A model generated the notes under the pieces. That model did no database searches. It saw only the letters and a list, made by a program, of their open reading frames with translations, and had not been told where the DNA came from. From a virus (Duplodnaviria > Caudoviricetes), in the IMG/VR virus record IMGVR_UViG_3300044648_000391, positions 1 to 57,355 of that record: a DNA stretch of 57,355 nucleotides; one strand, 5' to 3'. Below, in pieces: positions 47,550 to 56,613 of this stretch. Each line of letters starts with the position of its first letter. The stretch's first letter is position 1. A program made the translations under genes and the position numbers.

Positions 47550-47632
47550 TGACATAAGGTCAGATTTTCACTGACTGGCAGGAAGGAAACATTATGAAAC
47601 CCCTCGTATCACGTATACGAACGCTTATGCCA
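47550..47632 (-). ncRNA. Degenerate cloverleaf (tRNA-like element)
   Basis: TGGCATAAG/CTTATGTCA; TTCGTAT/ATACGAG; GTCAG-TGAAAAT-CTGAC. Confidence 0.55.
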
Positions 47633-47641
47633 TAAACCGTA

Positions 47642-47914
47642 TTACTTCGTTTTAACAACAAACGTAACCGTATATTCTTTCTCGCTGCCTTTCTTGCCTT
47701 TTTTAATGTCATGAATGGCTTTGGTCTTTTTGATAACAGCACCATTCTCATCTAAAGAAAAAGACCCAGCTACTTTATAAACTTTAGGTTTAACTTTAAC
47801 CGCTTTTTTTGGTTTGTCAGTTGTTTTCTTGGGCGCAGATTTGGTTTTCTTAACTGCTTTTTTTACTTTTTTCACAAGTTCGTCTGTATCTGTATCAAAA
47901 TCAAAAAATGACAT
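47642..47914 (-). CDS. Lys-rich histone-H1-like small protein
   Basis: KKVKKAVKKTKSAPKKTTDKPKKAVKVKPK; AGGAG RBS. Confidence 0.6.
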   Translation of the reverse strand: MSFFDFDTDTDELVKKVKKAVKKTKSAPKKTTDKPKKAVKVKPKVYKVAGSFSLDENGAVIKKTKAIHDIKKGKKGSEKEYTVTFVVKTK

Positions 47915-47974
47915 CTTTTATACTCCTACAAATTAGTGACTTACTTTTATCACGAGTATTGATGGGTGTCAAGT

Positions 47975-48949
47975 TTAGAAACCGAGCTTTTGAGAATCTA
48001 ATCTTACCTTGTTTGCTTCTTCCTGCTTCTTAGATTCAGCTGCGGATACTCGTAGTGCTTCTTGGCGATTCCTTAATTCAGCGGCTAACCGTGCTTCATG
48101 TTCTCGTATTCGTTGTGCTTCTGCCATTTGTTCAGCTTCACGCCTTGCTTGCTCTTCTGAGCGTTGTTGTCTGGCTCTCGCATTGATATCTTCTCTTAGC
48201 CGCGTTGCCTCTAAGGCTGCAACTGCTGCAGCATTCTCGGCTTCTTCTCGGCGCTGCATGGAATCAGTAAGCGCTTGTCTTGCGGTATTTAATAATGCTT
48301 GTGTTCTGGTTTGCGCTTCTGTTACCTCTTGTGTTCGTTTTCTTTCCTCTTGCAGCTCATGGTTAAGCCTATCAATTTCCGCTAATTCTTTTCGGGTATT
48401 TTCTTCGGCTTCTTGCTTTATTCTCTCCACTTCGAGCGTTAGCTCTTCTATGCGTTGTTGCAGCATTCTTTGTTCGGAAGATTCGGTTGACAGCTTAGAT
48501 TCTAATAGCTCGTCGGCTGATGCATCAAAGGCTAACGTGTCGTCTGAAACACTGACTTCAGCCAGCTCTTTTCTTTCTTCAGGTAAAACAAAGCGTACAG
48601 ACATATCTTCATCGGCATGAACATAAGCTGGTGGAGGAGCTGCGGCAGAGGCTGATTTTAGGGCTTTCTTTCGGGCTTTGGCTTGCCGTCTTTCTTCAAG
48701 TTCACGCGCGAACTCTTCCCTTCTCAGTTTTAATTCATTTTCTTTAGCAAGGAGTTCTTCCTTTATTTTTCTGATTTCTTCTTGTTGCTGCCTTATCTCT
48801 TCGGCTTGCCTTGCCTGCATTTCAGTGGTGCGGGGGGAAGGTGAAGGTGAGCCTCTTCTAGGTGATAATAAGTTTAACAGGCCTGACAATAGTCCTGGTT
48901 GTTCGGCTGCTTCTTCTGTGGTTTTGATTTCTTGGGTATCGTTTTGCAT
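47975..48949 (-). CDS. E/R/A/Q-rich coiled-coil protein
   Basis: 324 aa; SPRRGSPSPSPR; long heptad runs. Confidence 0.75.
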   Translation of the reverse strand: MQNDTQEIKTTEEAAEQPGLLSGLLNLLSPRRGSPSPSPRTTEMQARQAEEIRQQQEEIRKIKEELLAKENELKLRREEFARELEERRQAKARKKALKSASAAAPPPAYVHADEDMSVRFVLPEERKELAEVSVSDDTLAFDASADELLESKLSTESSEQRMLQQRIEELTLEVERIKQEAEENTRKELAEIDRLNHELQEERKRTQEVTEAQTRTQALLNTARQALTDSMQRREEAENAAAVAALEATRLREDINARARQQRSEEQARREAEQMAEAQRIREHEARLAAELRNRQEALRVSAAESKKQEEANKVRLDSQKLGF

Positions 48950-49006
48950 GGGTAATCCTTTATTAAATAGCCTATTCTCACATAATCAACTATTGCATTC
49001 TAGGCT

Positions 49007-49456
49007 CTAAATCGCCTTTTTGGCTAAAGCAGAGCTAAAAGTATGGATGAATTCAACAAACTCCGCCTTATCCTCAACAAATGCCCCAACACCCCGCTCT
49101 AATTCTAAGATTTTAGGCATCCATCGCTTTAAAAATGCTTCACCTTCCTCTGTCACCTCAGGGTATAAATAACGCCTGTCACCTGATTTATTGAGCTTCA
49201 CATAAGCCTTGATGCCTGCAATCTGCCGGCTCATCGTCGAACGGTCTATGTATAACTTATCCGCAATAAAGCTCAAGCTCTTCCCGGTATACTCTTTGAC
49301 AGCATACAAACAATATATTTGCTTTATTGTCAGGCCGGACAATTTAAGTTCTTTGTTGAAGAAGGCGGTCAGGGAGCGTGCAGCCATGGCGATACCGAGT
49401 CCGATGAGTTCGGTGTTTTTGCTTTTTAGTTTTAGCGGTTCGTCTATATCCGACAC
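49007..49456 (-). CDS. MarR-family regulator
   Basis: GLTIKQ..L, IADKLYIDRSTMSR, DRR...VTEEG. Confidence 0.85.
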   Translation of the reverse strand: MSDIDEPLKLKSKNTELIGLGIAMAARSLTAFFNKELKLSGLTIKQIYCLYAVKEYTGKSLSFIADKLYIDRSTMSRQIAGIKAYVKLNKSGDRRYLYPEVTEEGEAFLKRWMPKILELERGVGAFVEDKAEFVEFIHTFSSALAKKAI

Positions 49457-49548
49457 GTCATCAACCTCTTATTGAAAATTAGATAATACTTTCATATTCA
49501 ATTAATTTCAACAAGAATGAGTTTTGACTATAACTGATTAGTGTACAA

Positions 49549-49689
49549 TTAGAAGTCGCGCATATCGTCGCCTAGGATGTACTTACGGTAAGCGTAATAT
49601 ACGCCGGTAATGACGGCGAAGAATGTAAAAAAGGCTGCGACCAAGATAAGTGCGTCAAAGGCTTCATTTGCGACAAGATTGTTTATCAT
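49549..49689 (-). CDS. Small membrane protein (46 aa, absent from ORF track)
   Basis: MINNLVANEAFDALILVAAFFTFFAVITGVYYAYRKY. Confidence 0.55.
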   Translation of the reverse strand: MINNLVANEAFDALILVAAFFTFFAVITGVYYAYRKYILGDDMRDF

Positions 49690-50485
49690 ACTTTCTTCCC
49701 TGTATTAAAAACGCCAAAATAAAAATTGGCAATAAAATGAGGCTTAATAAGATGCTGATGATGTCGATAAGATAATGATCATCTCCTGCCAAAAAGCTTA
49801 GGGCATTAAAAAATAAAATAACCATGAAAGGTGCGATGAATGCTTCCATTTTAAAACTTAATATTTGAAAACATAACAATCGTCTTCAATAGGATAGTTG
49901 CAAACACGAGTATGTTAAAGAATTTTAAGAAATTATTCTTAATCAGGTTACCGGTGTAATGCATCCAATCAAACAACGTGTATTTTAGAAAAACGTGATT
50001 AACTGCTAACAGTGTTGCGACAATAAGCTCTATTATCAGTAAATCATTAATAAAAACCGAAAACCTTTCCATTATTACTCCTTGGGTTCGTCTTTTTTAG
50101 GGGTAAAATGTAATAGTTTAAATTTATCCCTTTCTAGCTTTTTAAGAAAATTGTGCCGTTCCTTTTCGGATTCTACAATCATCTCAAGCGTTTTAACAAG
50201 GTTGGAATGGTTCTTTAGGTTTAAATGCCGCCCCCGCACGTCACCCATGGTGGCAGAATACGTGCCATTAGGGTTAATGCGGAGTTCAATGAGAATTGGC
50301 ATATCATCAAGGCTCGCAACCGTGGTACTCATCTTAGCCGGTACCGCTTCAATTTTATTTACTTTTTTATGGCGTATTTTTAAATAAATATATCTCAAAA
50401 AATACGAAACAAAAAGAAATACAAAAGCGGTCATTATGGATGAGGTAATGATTACAAAACATTCTCTTAATAACTTATAGAGCAT
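49664..50485 (-). other. Run of three small membrane-protein ORFs (49664..49879, 49851..50072, 50075..50485)
   Basis: Hydrophobic segments, tight coupling. Confidence 0.55.
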
Positions 50486-50821
50486 TTAATCTTTTACTTG
50501 ACCGCTTTTAAGTTTTTCCGCAATAGCTTTGAGCGCAGCTTTTATATTTTCTATTGCCTTATCTTCATTGATGTGATGTTGGCACCGCTTGTTTTCCTTT
50601 TTTTCTTGCTTATAATTTCTGTTTATCATATCAAACACTTCGTACATGAAGCACTTTTGATCATCTTCGTCTTGATTATGTTCGTAAATCAAATGTGCAA
50701 TTAATTTACAAAGCACGGTAAGGCCGTCGCCAAATTTTTCACCATTTAAAACGTCTATAACTTTACCTGATATTCTAACGATCCTGTCATTATCTTCTGG
50801 ACTTGATTTTGCAATTGCCAT
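50486..50821 (-). CDS. Hypothetical protein
   Basis: 111 aa, AGGAG RBS. Confidence 0.6.
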   Translation of the reverse strand: MAIAKSSPEDNDRIVRISGKVIDVLNGEKFGDGLTVLCKLIAHLIYEHNQDEDDQKCFMYEVFDMINRNYKQEKKENKRCQHHINEDKAIENIKAALKAIAEKLKSGQVKD

Positions 50822-50902
50822 ATCTACTCTCCTACTTTAAGATTAAAATCAGGGCTGTGAACCCCACTAAAATAAAACTTGCTGAAATCCAAAATGCGTG
50901 TA

Positions 50903-51133
50903 CTAAATCCATTTAATCCTCCTTAAATTTTTAATCAAAACCATCATGTTTGCACAAAAGAAACCTTTCATAAAACTTGACGGGTCGTGTTCACCAAAAA
51001 CAACTCCTATTACAATACTGGCTAACATAGAAAATACCATAGAAACTGCCGAAAACTTTAAAATTGTAATTGATTTACCAATTACATCATCAATATCTTT
51101 CAGCACTTTAACTGTTTTATTTTCGGTTAACAT
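50903..51133 (-). CDS. Small membrane protein
   Basis: Hydrophobic core. Confidence 0.5.
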   Translation of the reverse strand: MLTENKTVKVLKDIDDVIGKSITILKFSAVSMVFSMLASIVIGVVFGEHDPSSFMKGFFCANMMVLIKNLRRIKWI

Positions 51134-51142
51134 ATTTGCTCC

Positions 51143-51439
51143 TTAAACTTTGACACCGGGTGGTATAATAATTTGTGGGTTCCATTCCGGTATTTCGGAT
51201 ATATCCCCGTCAAGCACACCTATCTTACAGGTTCTACCATTCTTAAGAACGCTGATTAATTCGTATTCAACGCCCCTGCAAAGGTTGAATCGTTTAAAAT
51301 TAGCGTCTGTGGTATAGATTCGAATATGAGGATGCCGTAAAAACTCTTCTAAACTGCAAAAATCAAATTCGACGGGCTTTATTCCCATATCTCTAAGACC
51401 CCACATGACCCACGGATGTACGTATTGAATAAATCTCAT
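51143..51439 (-). CDS. Hypothetical protein
   Basis: Coupled to csrA. Confidence 0.6.
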   Translation of the reverse strand: MRFIQYVHPWVMWGLRDMGIKPVEFDFCSLEEFLRHPHIRIYTTDANFKRFNLCRGVEYELISVLKNGRTCKIGVLDGDISEIPEWNPQIIIPPGVKV

Positions 51440-51672
51440 TCTTGGTAATCCGGTTCACAATCCCAGCAATCGTTCTGTAAAGACCGCTTATCTTGACGGC
51501 TCATGCCTGAATCAATCCTAAGCTGTACTTCTTCTCTGTGAACAGGGACATTTTTGGGAGCACTAATACCCACGCGAACCTGATTGCCTTTGACGCCAAG
51601 AACCGTTATTTGAACTTCTTTATTTTCACCAACAAATATGGTTTCTCCGGGTCTTCTAGTTAAAATTAGCAT
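51436..51672 (-). CDS. csrA: Carbon storage regulator CsrA/RsmA
   Basis: [10 protein letters not shown]...[28 protein letters not shown]. Confidence 0.96.
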   Translation of the reverse strand: MLILTRRPGETIFVGENKEVQITVLGVKGNQVRVGISAPKNVPVHREEVQLRIDSGMSRQDKRSLQNDCWDCEPDYQE

Positions 51673-51673
51673 T

Positions 51674-52108
51674 TTACTCTCCTTTTATTGAATCCTGTTG
51701 ATTGAGTAGTTCTGGATTATCATGGATATTTCCAATGATTTCTAAATCTTCAAAATCATTGTAAAAAAAATCTGACAGAGGTATCATTTTATCACACACG
51801 GACTCTTTATTTGAAATACCTATTTCACGAACCTTCCAGCGAAAATCTTCTTTATCATCATAGTAAACAACCATGATAGAATCTTCCCAGCTGTCAGCGC
51901 TGTATTTTAAAATATCCCCCTCATAAATATAAACACCGTTTGTATCTTTAACGCCGGTATATTGGCCTACTGTTTCAGGTTTTACGTACCAACTATGCAG
52001 CACACCATCTTTCCGAAAAACAATACCAACGCCCTTATCTTGAGACAAGTCACCGTAATACCACTTACCACTTTCGATACCAATTCCTCTGAATGTAATA
52101 TCTCTCAT
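51674..52108 (-). CDS. YopX-family protein
   Basis: [38 protein letters not shown]. Confidence 0.9.
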   Translation of the reverse strand: MRDITFRGIGIESGKWYYGDLSQDKGVGIVFRKDGVLHSWYVKPETVGQYTGVKDTNGVYIYEGDILKYSADSWEDSIMVVYYDDKEDFRWKVREIGISNKESVCDKMIPLSDFFYNDFEDLEIIGNIHDNPELLNQQDSIKGE

Positions 52109-52516
52109 TTATTTAAACCTCTCAAGAATTTCTGGGTTTTCGTAGATATTTCCGATAATTTCTACGTCAAACGATCTTGAATAACCATCAACAATATAAG
52201 ATTCACCATTATAGTTAAGACAGTACGCGAGACTTATACCGAGCTTTATCAAACTACTTCTATCCCAGCAGACAATACGCCTTTCTTTCTGAAAATAATC
52301 TTCATATGAAACAATGTATCCCTCGTAAACCTCAATACCGTTTTTATCTTTGAGTCCGGTATACTGCATTAACTCCACATGATCAAGCTTAAAAGCTATT
52401 GTAATACCACTTGCCAACAACCGAGCACGAACTGTTTTATAGGTAAAGTCTATTAAGTCGACGTCAAAAATACCTTTATGGTCTTTTGAGAATGCTTTAA
52501 ACTTAATTTCTCTCAT
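52109..52516 (-). CDS. YopX-family protein
   Basis: MREIKFKA, MQYTGLKDKNG.EVYEG, EIIGNIYENPE. Confidence 0.9.
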   Translation of the reverse strand: MREIKFKAFSKDHKGIFDVDLIDFTYKTVRARLLASGITIAFKLDHVELMQYTGLKDKNGIEVYEGYIVSYEDYFQKERRIVCWDRSSLIKLGISLAYCLNYNGESYIVDGYSRSFDVEIIGNIYENPEILERFK

Positions 52517-52935
52517 TTATTTTCATCCTGTTGATTGAGCAGCTCCGGGTTTTCGTATAGGTTTCCAATGATTTCTAGATTTCCATGACTTAAAAGACCA
52601 AAAAGCATTTCCTTACCTAACAATTTTATCTTCCATGACGCATCAGATTTACTATAAAAAACAATACCAGGCTTTCTTGTTACATCTTTTATACCATTCC
52701 AATAATGATATGCAACAATATCCCCCTCATAAATCTCCTTGCTGTTTTTATCCTTGAGACCGGTAGATTGTATTAAAGTAATGTAATGCATCGGAATCGT
52801 TGTTTGCGAAGAATCAGACCAAGGATATCTAAAAAGTATAATGAAGCCATCTGGAGAAACCATGAAGTTATTCAGCCAAAATTTTTCGCCAGCATCACCA
52901 CCGTCGTACCATGCTCGAAACTTAGTATTTCTCAT
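52513..52935 (-). CDS. YopX-family protein
   Basis: KFRAW, QSTGLKDKN.KEIYEGDI, EIIGNLYENPELL. Confidence 0.9.
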   Translation of the reverse strand: MRNTKFRAWYDGGDAGEKFWLNNFMVSPDGFIILFRYPWSDSSQTTIPMHYITLIQSTGLKDKNSKEIYEGDIVAYHYWNGIKDVTRKPGIVFYSKSDASWKIKLLGKEMLFGLLSHGNLEIIGNLYENPELLNQQDENK

Positions 52936-53168
52936 TAGTGTGCCCCGCCTTTTTTTATATGCTCAACACAGTTATTATAATTAACAGTTAGTATATTTAT
53001 AACATCTTGTAAGCTATAGGGCGTATCATGAATAGTAACAAGCGCTACAATATGCGTTAACGCTGTTATAGCTAGGTCTGGATACTCACCCTCTGTTGCT
53101 TCCTTAATCTTTTCTACAATCTTATCGATTTGCAATTTTTGTTCTAGAGTACATTTTTCTACCGTCAT
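52935..53168 (-). CDS. Hypothetical protein
   Basis: 77 aa, coupled. Confidence 0.6.
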   Translation of the reverse strand: MTVEKCTLEQKLQIDKIVEKIKEATEGEYPDLAITALTHIVALVTIHDTPYSLQDVINILTVNYNNCVEHIKKGGAH

Positions 53169-53839
53169 GACACCTGCCCCTGTGGCATTGTTTCTGCTGC
53201 CATCTTCTCGTTAATCTTTTGAATAATTGCGGATGCTTGGTCTTTAGATAAGCTTTCTAAGCTTGAAACCTTGAAGTGATTCTTCCATTCATTAACCCGC
53301 TCCTCCGAAATCTTATAAGCAGATATTAATGACTTTAATTGGTTAATCATTTCAGTCGATACCTCTTTCTTTTGGAAGGGAATAGGAGGTACCTGAGAAA
53401 ATGGTCTATTAGACTTTTGCGTAGAATTTTCAGGCAGTGCTCCGTCATTATCTTCTTGAGCCAGTCCCGCTAATGCAAGCAACCCATAACGTCTTGCATA
53501 ACTAATTGCCGAGCCAATGTGCTGGACAACACTCATTGTTGGCTTACCTTCTTTATTAAGGGGTATGTCCCCAATTGACATTTTCATGACTTTACTAAAG
53601 AACTGCCCTGACTTATGCATAACAAGATTTTCTATTTCAATACACTCATTAGAACAATCGCCTACCATTTGTGTAAACGATAAACCAAATTTACTGAACA
53701 GCTCTCTCATTTGCACAACCTGGTCAAGCTTAGCGTATTTTCCTTTTAGGGAAACTGTATCCCTCACAACATCTTTTACTTCCCCCTGAAATTGACTAAA
53801 TGCTTCAAATAATTCTTTAACCTCTGGTGACATTTTCAT
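53165..53839 (-). CDS. erf: ERF-family single-strand annealing protein
   Basis: KYAKLD, GLSFTQ, HKSGQ, GSAISYARRYGL..AGL...D.DG. Confidence 0.9.
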   Translation of the reverse strand: MKMSPEVKELFEAFSQFQGEVKDVVRDTVSLKGKYAKLDQVVQMRELFSKFGLSFTQMVGDCSNECIEIENLVMHKSGQFFSKVMKMSIGDIPLNKEGKPTMSVVQHIGSAISYARRYGLLALAGLAQEDNDGALPENSTQKSNRPFSQVPPIPFQKKEVSTEMINQLKSLISAYKISEERVNEWKNHFKVSSLESLSKDQASAIIQKINEKMAAETMPQGQVS

Positions 53840-53864
53840 CTTTCATCCTCCCTAAACAAAGTTG

Positions 53865-53910
53865 TTGACATCTGAAAACAATAATAATACAATGATATTA
53901 CATTTGTCAA
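53865..53910. promoter_or_regulatory. Divergent promoter region with opposed -35 boxes
   Basis: TTGACA at 53865 and TGTCAA at 53905 flank an AT-rich spacer between divergent operons. Confidence 0.55.
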
Positions 53911-53942
53911 GACTTTTTTATGAAGTTAATTTGGAGGTTGTA

Positions 53943-54131
53943 ATGTCGAAGAAAAAGGTCAGTATAATAACGGTAAGATTTACGGCAGAGGATGCGCGCC
54001 AAATAGGAATCATGGCTGATAGGTGTGGAGATAATAAGGGGGCATGGATAAGGGGAGTTGTTTTAAAGGAATTAAAGGCGCAGGGGGCTAAGCGTGGTAA
54101 GCAGAAGATTAGGGAGTATTGTGTATCATGA
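53943..54131 (+). CDS. Small ribbon-helix-helix-like regulator
   Basis: IITVRFTAED...A...G....WIR; GGAGG RBS. Confidence 0.55.
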   Translation: MSKKKVSIITVRFTAEDARQIGIMADRCGDNKGAWIRGVVLKELKAQGAKRGKQKIREYCVS

Positions 54132-54478
54132 GTGACGAAAAGTTAACGGATAAGCTGGAAAGACAATTGATTCCTAACCCGGAACCGTTGCATGAAGTTT
54201 TTAATATAGGATTAGGTGATTTTGTAAAGGTTAAGGTTAAGGCTCGAGATTTAGGAGATAATAAGCCTTTTGTTGCTGAATCTTTTTGGGTTAAGATTAA
54301 AATGATTCAAGAATATGCGTTAACATCGAACCCACCAAAGTATATTACTGAATATAGTGGAGAGGTAAATAATGACTTAATTTTAGATACGGGATATCAG
54401 CGAGGGGATAATATTAAATTTACGAGGGCTTATATTTGGAATATTGAAAAGCGTTTACATGATTCATGTTTGAATTAG
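54119..54478 (+). CDS. Hypothetical protein
   Basis: GDFVKV...ESFWVKI...GEVNND. Confidence 0.6.
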   Translation: MCIMSDEKLTDKLERQLIPNPEPLHEVFNIGLGDFVKVKVKARDLGDNKPFVAESFWVKIKMIQEYALTSNPPKYITEYSGEVNNDLILDTGYQRGDNIKFTRAYIWNIEKRLHDSCLN

Positions 54479-54489
54479 CGGAGGAAGGT

Positions 54490-54921
54490 ATGTCACAGGG
54501 TATCAATAGAGTTATCATTATGGGGAACTTGGGTTCAGATCCATTTCAAGGAACACTGCCAAGCGGTCAATCTATTACCAAAATCAGTGTTGCTACAACG
54601 CGGGCATCTAAGGATAAAACTGATGTGGTAGAGTGGCATAACATATGCTTTTTTGATAGATTAGCTGAAATAGCCAATCGTTATTTAAAGAAAGGCTCAA
54701 AAGCGTTTGTTGAAGGCTACTTAAAAACCAGTAAGTGGAAAGACAATAGTGGTGTTGAGCGTTACAAAACAGAGATTATCGGCACTAACTTACAGTTAAT
54801 GGATTCCAAGTACGACAATAACGAGCACGAAGAGCACTTAAGTACGAAGGCAGTTAACGGTACGCATGGCATTAACCAGAGTGGTGCAGGTAGGATTGAG
54901 GTTGATGACATCCCGTTCTAA
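54490..54921 (+). CDS. ssb: Single-stranded DNA-binding protein
   Basis: GINRVIIMGNLGSDP, EWHNI, YLKKGSK, acidic DDIPF tail. Confidence 0.95.
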   Translation: MSQGINRVIIMGNLGSDPFQGTLPSGQSITKISVATTRASKDKTDVVEWHNICFFDRLAEIANRYLKKGSKAFVEGYLKTSKWKDNSGVERYKTEIIGTNLQLMDSKYDNNEHEEHLSTKAVNGTHGINQSGAGRIEVDDIPF

Positions 54922-55059
54922 CAAAGGTGGAAAGACAACAGTGGCTTGGCCAGATATTATTATATGCAAAGATTGTGGCAAGAAGATTTGGCCTACTATA
55001 TCTGGTGTATTTCGCCATAAATGTGGAGAGGATGATTCATATTTTAAAATTTACGAAAA

Positions 55060-55134
55060 GGGTGTATAGCTTAACGGTAGAGCCAGCTGCTCATAACTGC
55101 CAAGGTGCAGGTTCAAATCCTGCTGCACCCACCA
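55060..55134 (+). tRNA. tRNA(CAT), Ile2 or elongator Met
   Basis: GGGTGTA/TGCACCC, loop CTCATAA, CCA; two mismatches in the anticodon stem. Confidence 0.85.
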
Positions 55135-55139
55135 ATCAT

Positions 55140-55214
55140 TCCCCGGTAGCTTAATGGTAGAGCAAGCGGCTGTTAACCGCTCGGTTGTTGGTTCAAGTCC
55201 AACCTGGGGAGCCA
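55140..55214 (+). tRNA. tRNA-Asn(GTT)
   Basis: TCCCCGG/CTGGGGA, loop CTGTTAA, CCA. Confidence 0.93.
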
Positions 55215-55242
55215 ATTTTAAATATTTTAAATAGGGGGTATT

Positions 55243-55638
55243 ATGTTAAGAGAAGATGCAACGGTTGTTTTTTTAAAATCTGTACGGCAGCAAAAAATAA
55301 TAGAGTTGGATGTAATAGATAAATTAATTTCTGGTCGTTTAAACGAGGTGTCTAAAAATAATGATAAGCCTATTCACGATCAGATTTCAATTGAGCCTTC
55401 CAATAAGGAATTTGCCAACCTTACTTGTAAACAGGCCGTTATGAGGGTACTTTCAGAAAGTAATCAACCGCTTCTTTTAAAAGATATTGCCAGTATGATT
55501 TTAAAAAGAGGCTATATAACTTCTAACCCTGTCTACATTCAAGGGAATGTCAGCAATCAACTTAACATGTTAAGAAGACAGAAAAAGGTTCAAAAGGCTG
55601 GAAAGCTTTGGTCCATTGTAAAGGAAGGAGCAGAATAG
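55243..55638 (+). CDS. Winged-helix-like protein
   Basis: LTCKQAVMRVLSESNQPLLLKDIA..I..RG...V...L. Confidence 0.55.
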   Translation: MLREDATVVFLKSVRQQKIIELDVIDKLISGRLNEVSKNNDKPIHDQISIEPSNKEFANLTCKQAVMRVLSESNQPLLLKDIASMILKRGYITSNPVYIQGNVSNQLNMLRRQKKVQKAGKLWSIVKEGAE

Positions 55639-55869
55639 ATGTGCACAGGTAATCATCATGTAATAGAAGAAATCCGGCGTGAGCAAGATAAGAAATATGC
55701 AGTTAAAGACTTCAATAAAACGATTAAGGACCTTGCTTGGATTATTCTTGTTTTAAGCAAGACCCATGGTTTCAGTGATGCTGACAAAGATAATTTATTA
55801 TTGTCTATCAAGCAAATTGAATCAAAAGTCAAAAAATTAAGAAAAACCAAAGCCGTGCACGATAATTAA
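55639..55869 (+). CDS. Hypothetical protein
   Basis: 76 aa, AAGGAG RBS. Confidence 0.55.
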   Translation: MCTGNHHVIEEIRREQDKKYAVKDFNKTIKDLAWIILVLSKTHGFSDADKDNLLLSIKQIESKVKKLRKTKAVHDN

Positions 55870-55966
55870 GGTTACAGCTTTTTGTTTTATTAATAGCTTT
55901 CTTTAATTAAGCTTGCAGTTATTACGAAACCCCAGTAACCTAAGGATTGCATAGAAAACTATTAGC

Positions 55967-56362
55967 CTACTCGTTCCCCGGGTAGGCATTTTTTAAATAC
56001 CCGCGTGTTGCCAGCATAGCATCTTCTAAGGACCGGCAAACTACACAGAAGTACCCAACGTCTGACAAGCGCTTCATCATTGCAATCTGCTCATCCTTAA
56101 CCACGCCGTCTTCTTTTTTAAACTCAATAAACATGCCAGGATAATCCATTGTCGGGTAAAAAATACCCACATCAGGGATGCCCTTTTTTAGCCCCTCACG
56201 GCGTAGTTTAGCCCCATACCTAGGGGTACGCTTACCCCCGTTCGGAAAAGACGCTGTAACGTCCGCTATATGCGGATATTGAAGATTTAACCAAACAATA
56301 TAAGATGACTGTATCGAAGACTCATCCGGCTTAAGCCGGCGACTTACACGACGCATGGACAA
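55967..56362 (-). CDS. VRR-NUC family nuclease
   Basis: ESSIQ, PNGGKR, GLKKGIPD, FIEFK, Q...GY...VCRS. Confidence 0.9.
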   Translation of the reverse strand: MSMRRVSRRLKPDESSIQSSYIVWLNLQYPHIADVTASFPNGGKRTPRYGAKLRREGLKKGIPDVGIFYPTMDYPGMFIEFKKEDGVVKDEQIAMMKRLSDVGYFCVVCRSLEDAMLATRGYLKNAYPGNE

Positions 56363-56613
56363 TATCTCACAAATAAAAACGCCAAGGACAGCGCTAACAT
56401 GATGACAAAATCTTACAAGAGCAACCGTAAAAACTACCTAGATCACTTAGGTACTTTTCTGTACAGTTTTATCTCTCTTGCGATAAGAGGAAGGACGCCC
56501 GCTGCAAACGGGCGTTATCTGAGGCATCTAACGTTAATTGTCAACCTCAATATATCTTCCCTTTCACGCATTGTCAAACGTTTTATTCACTTATTTTGTC
56601 AGGAGTATAAATC

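Noticed and set aside
17513-49010. Antisense and alternate-frame ORFs inside long genes (e.g. 19246..19602, 42795..43250, 48009..48620)
   Set aside because: Shadows of well-supported genes in another frame or strand
49551-49665. Apparent branched RNA hairpin on the + strand
   Set aside because: Fully covered by a credible 46-aa membrane ORF on the minus strand (49549..49689)
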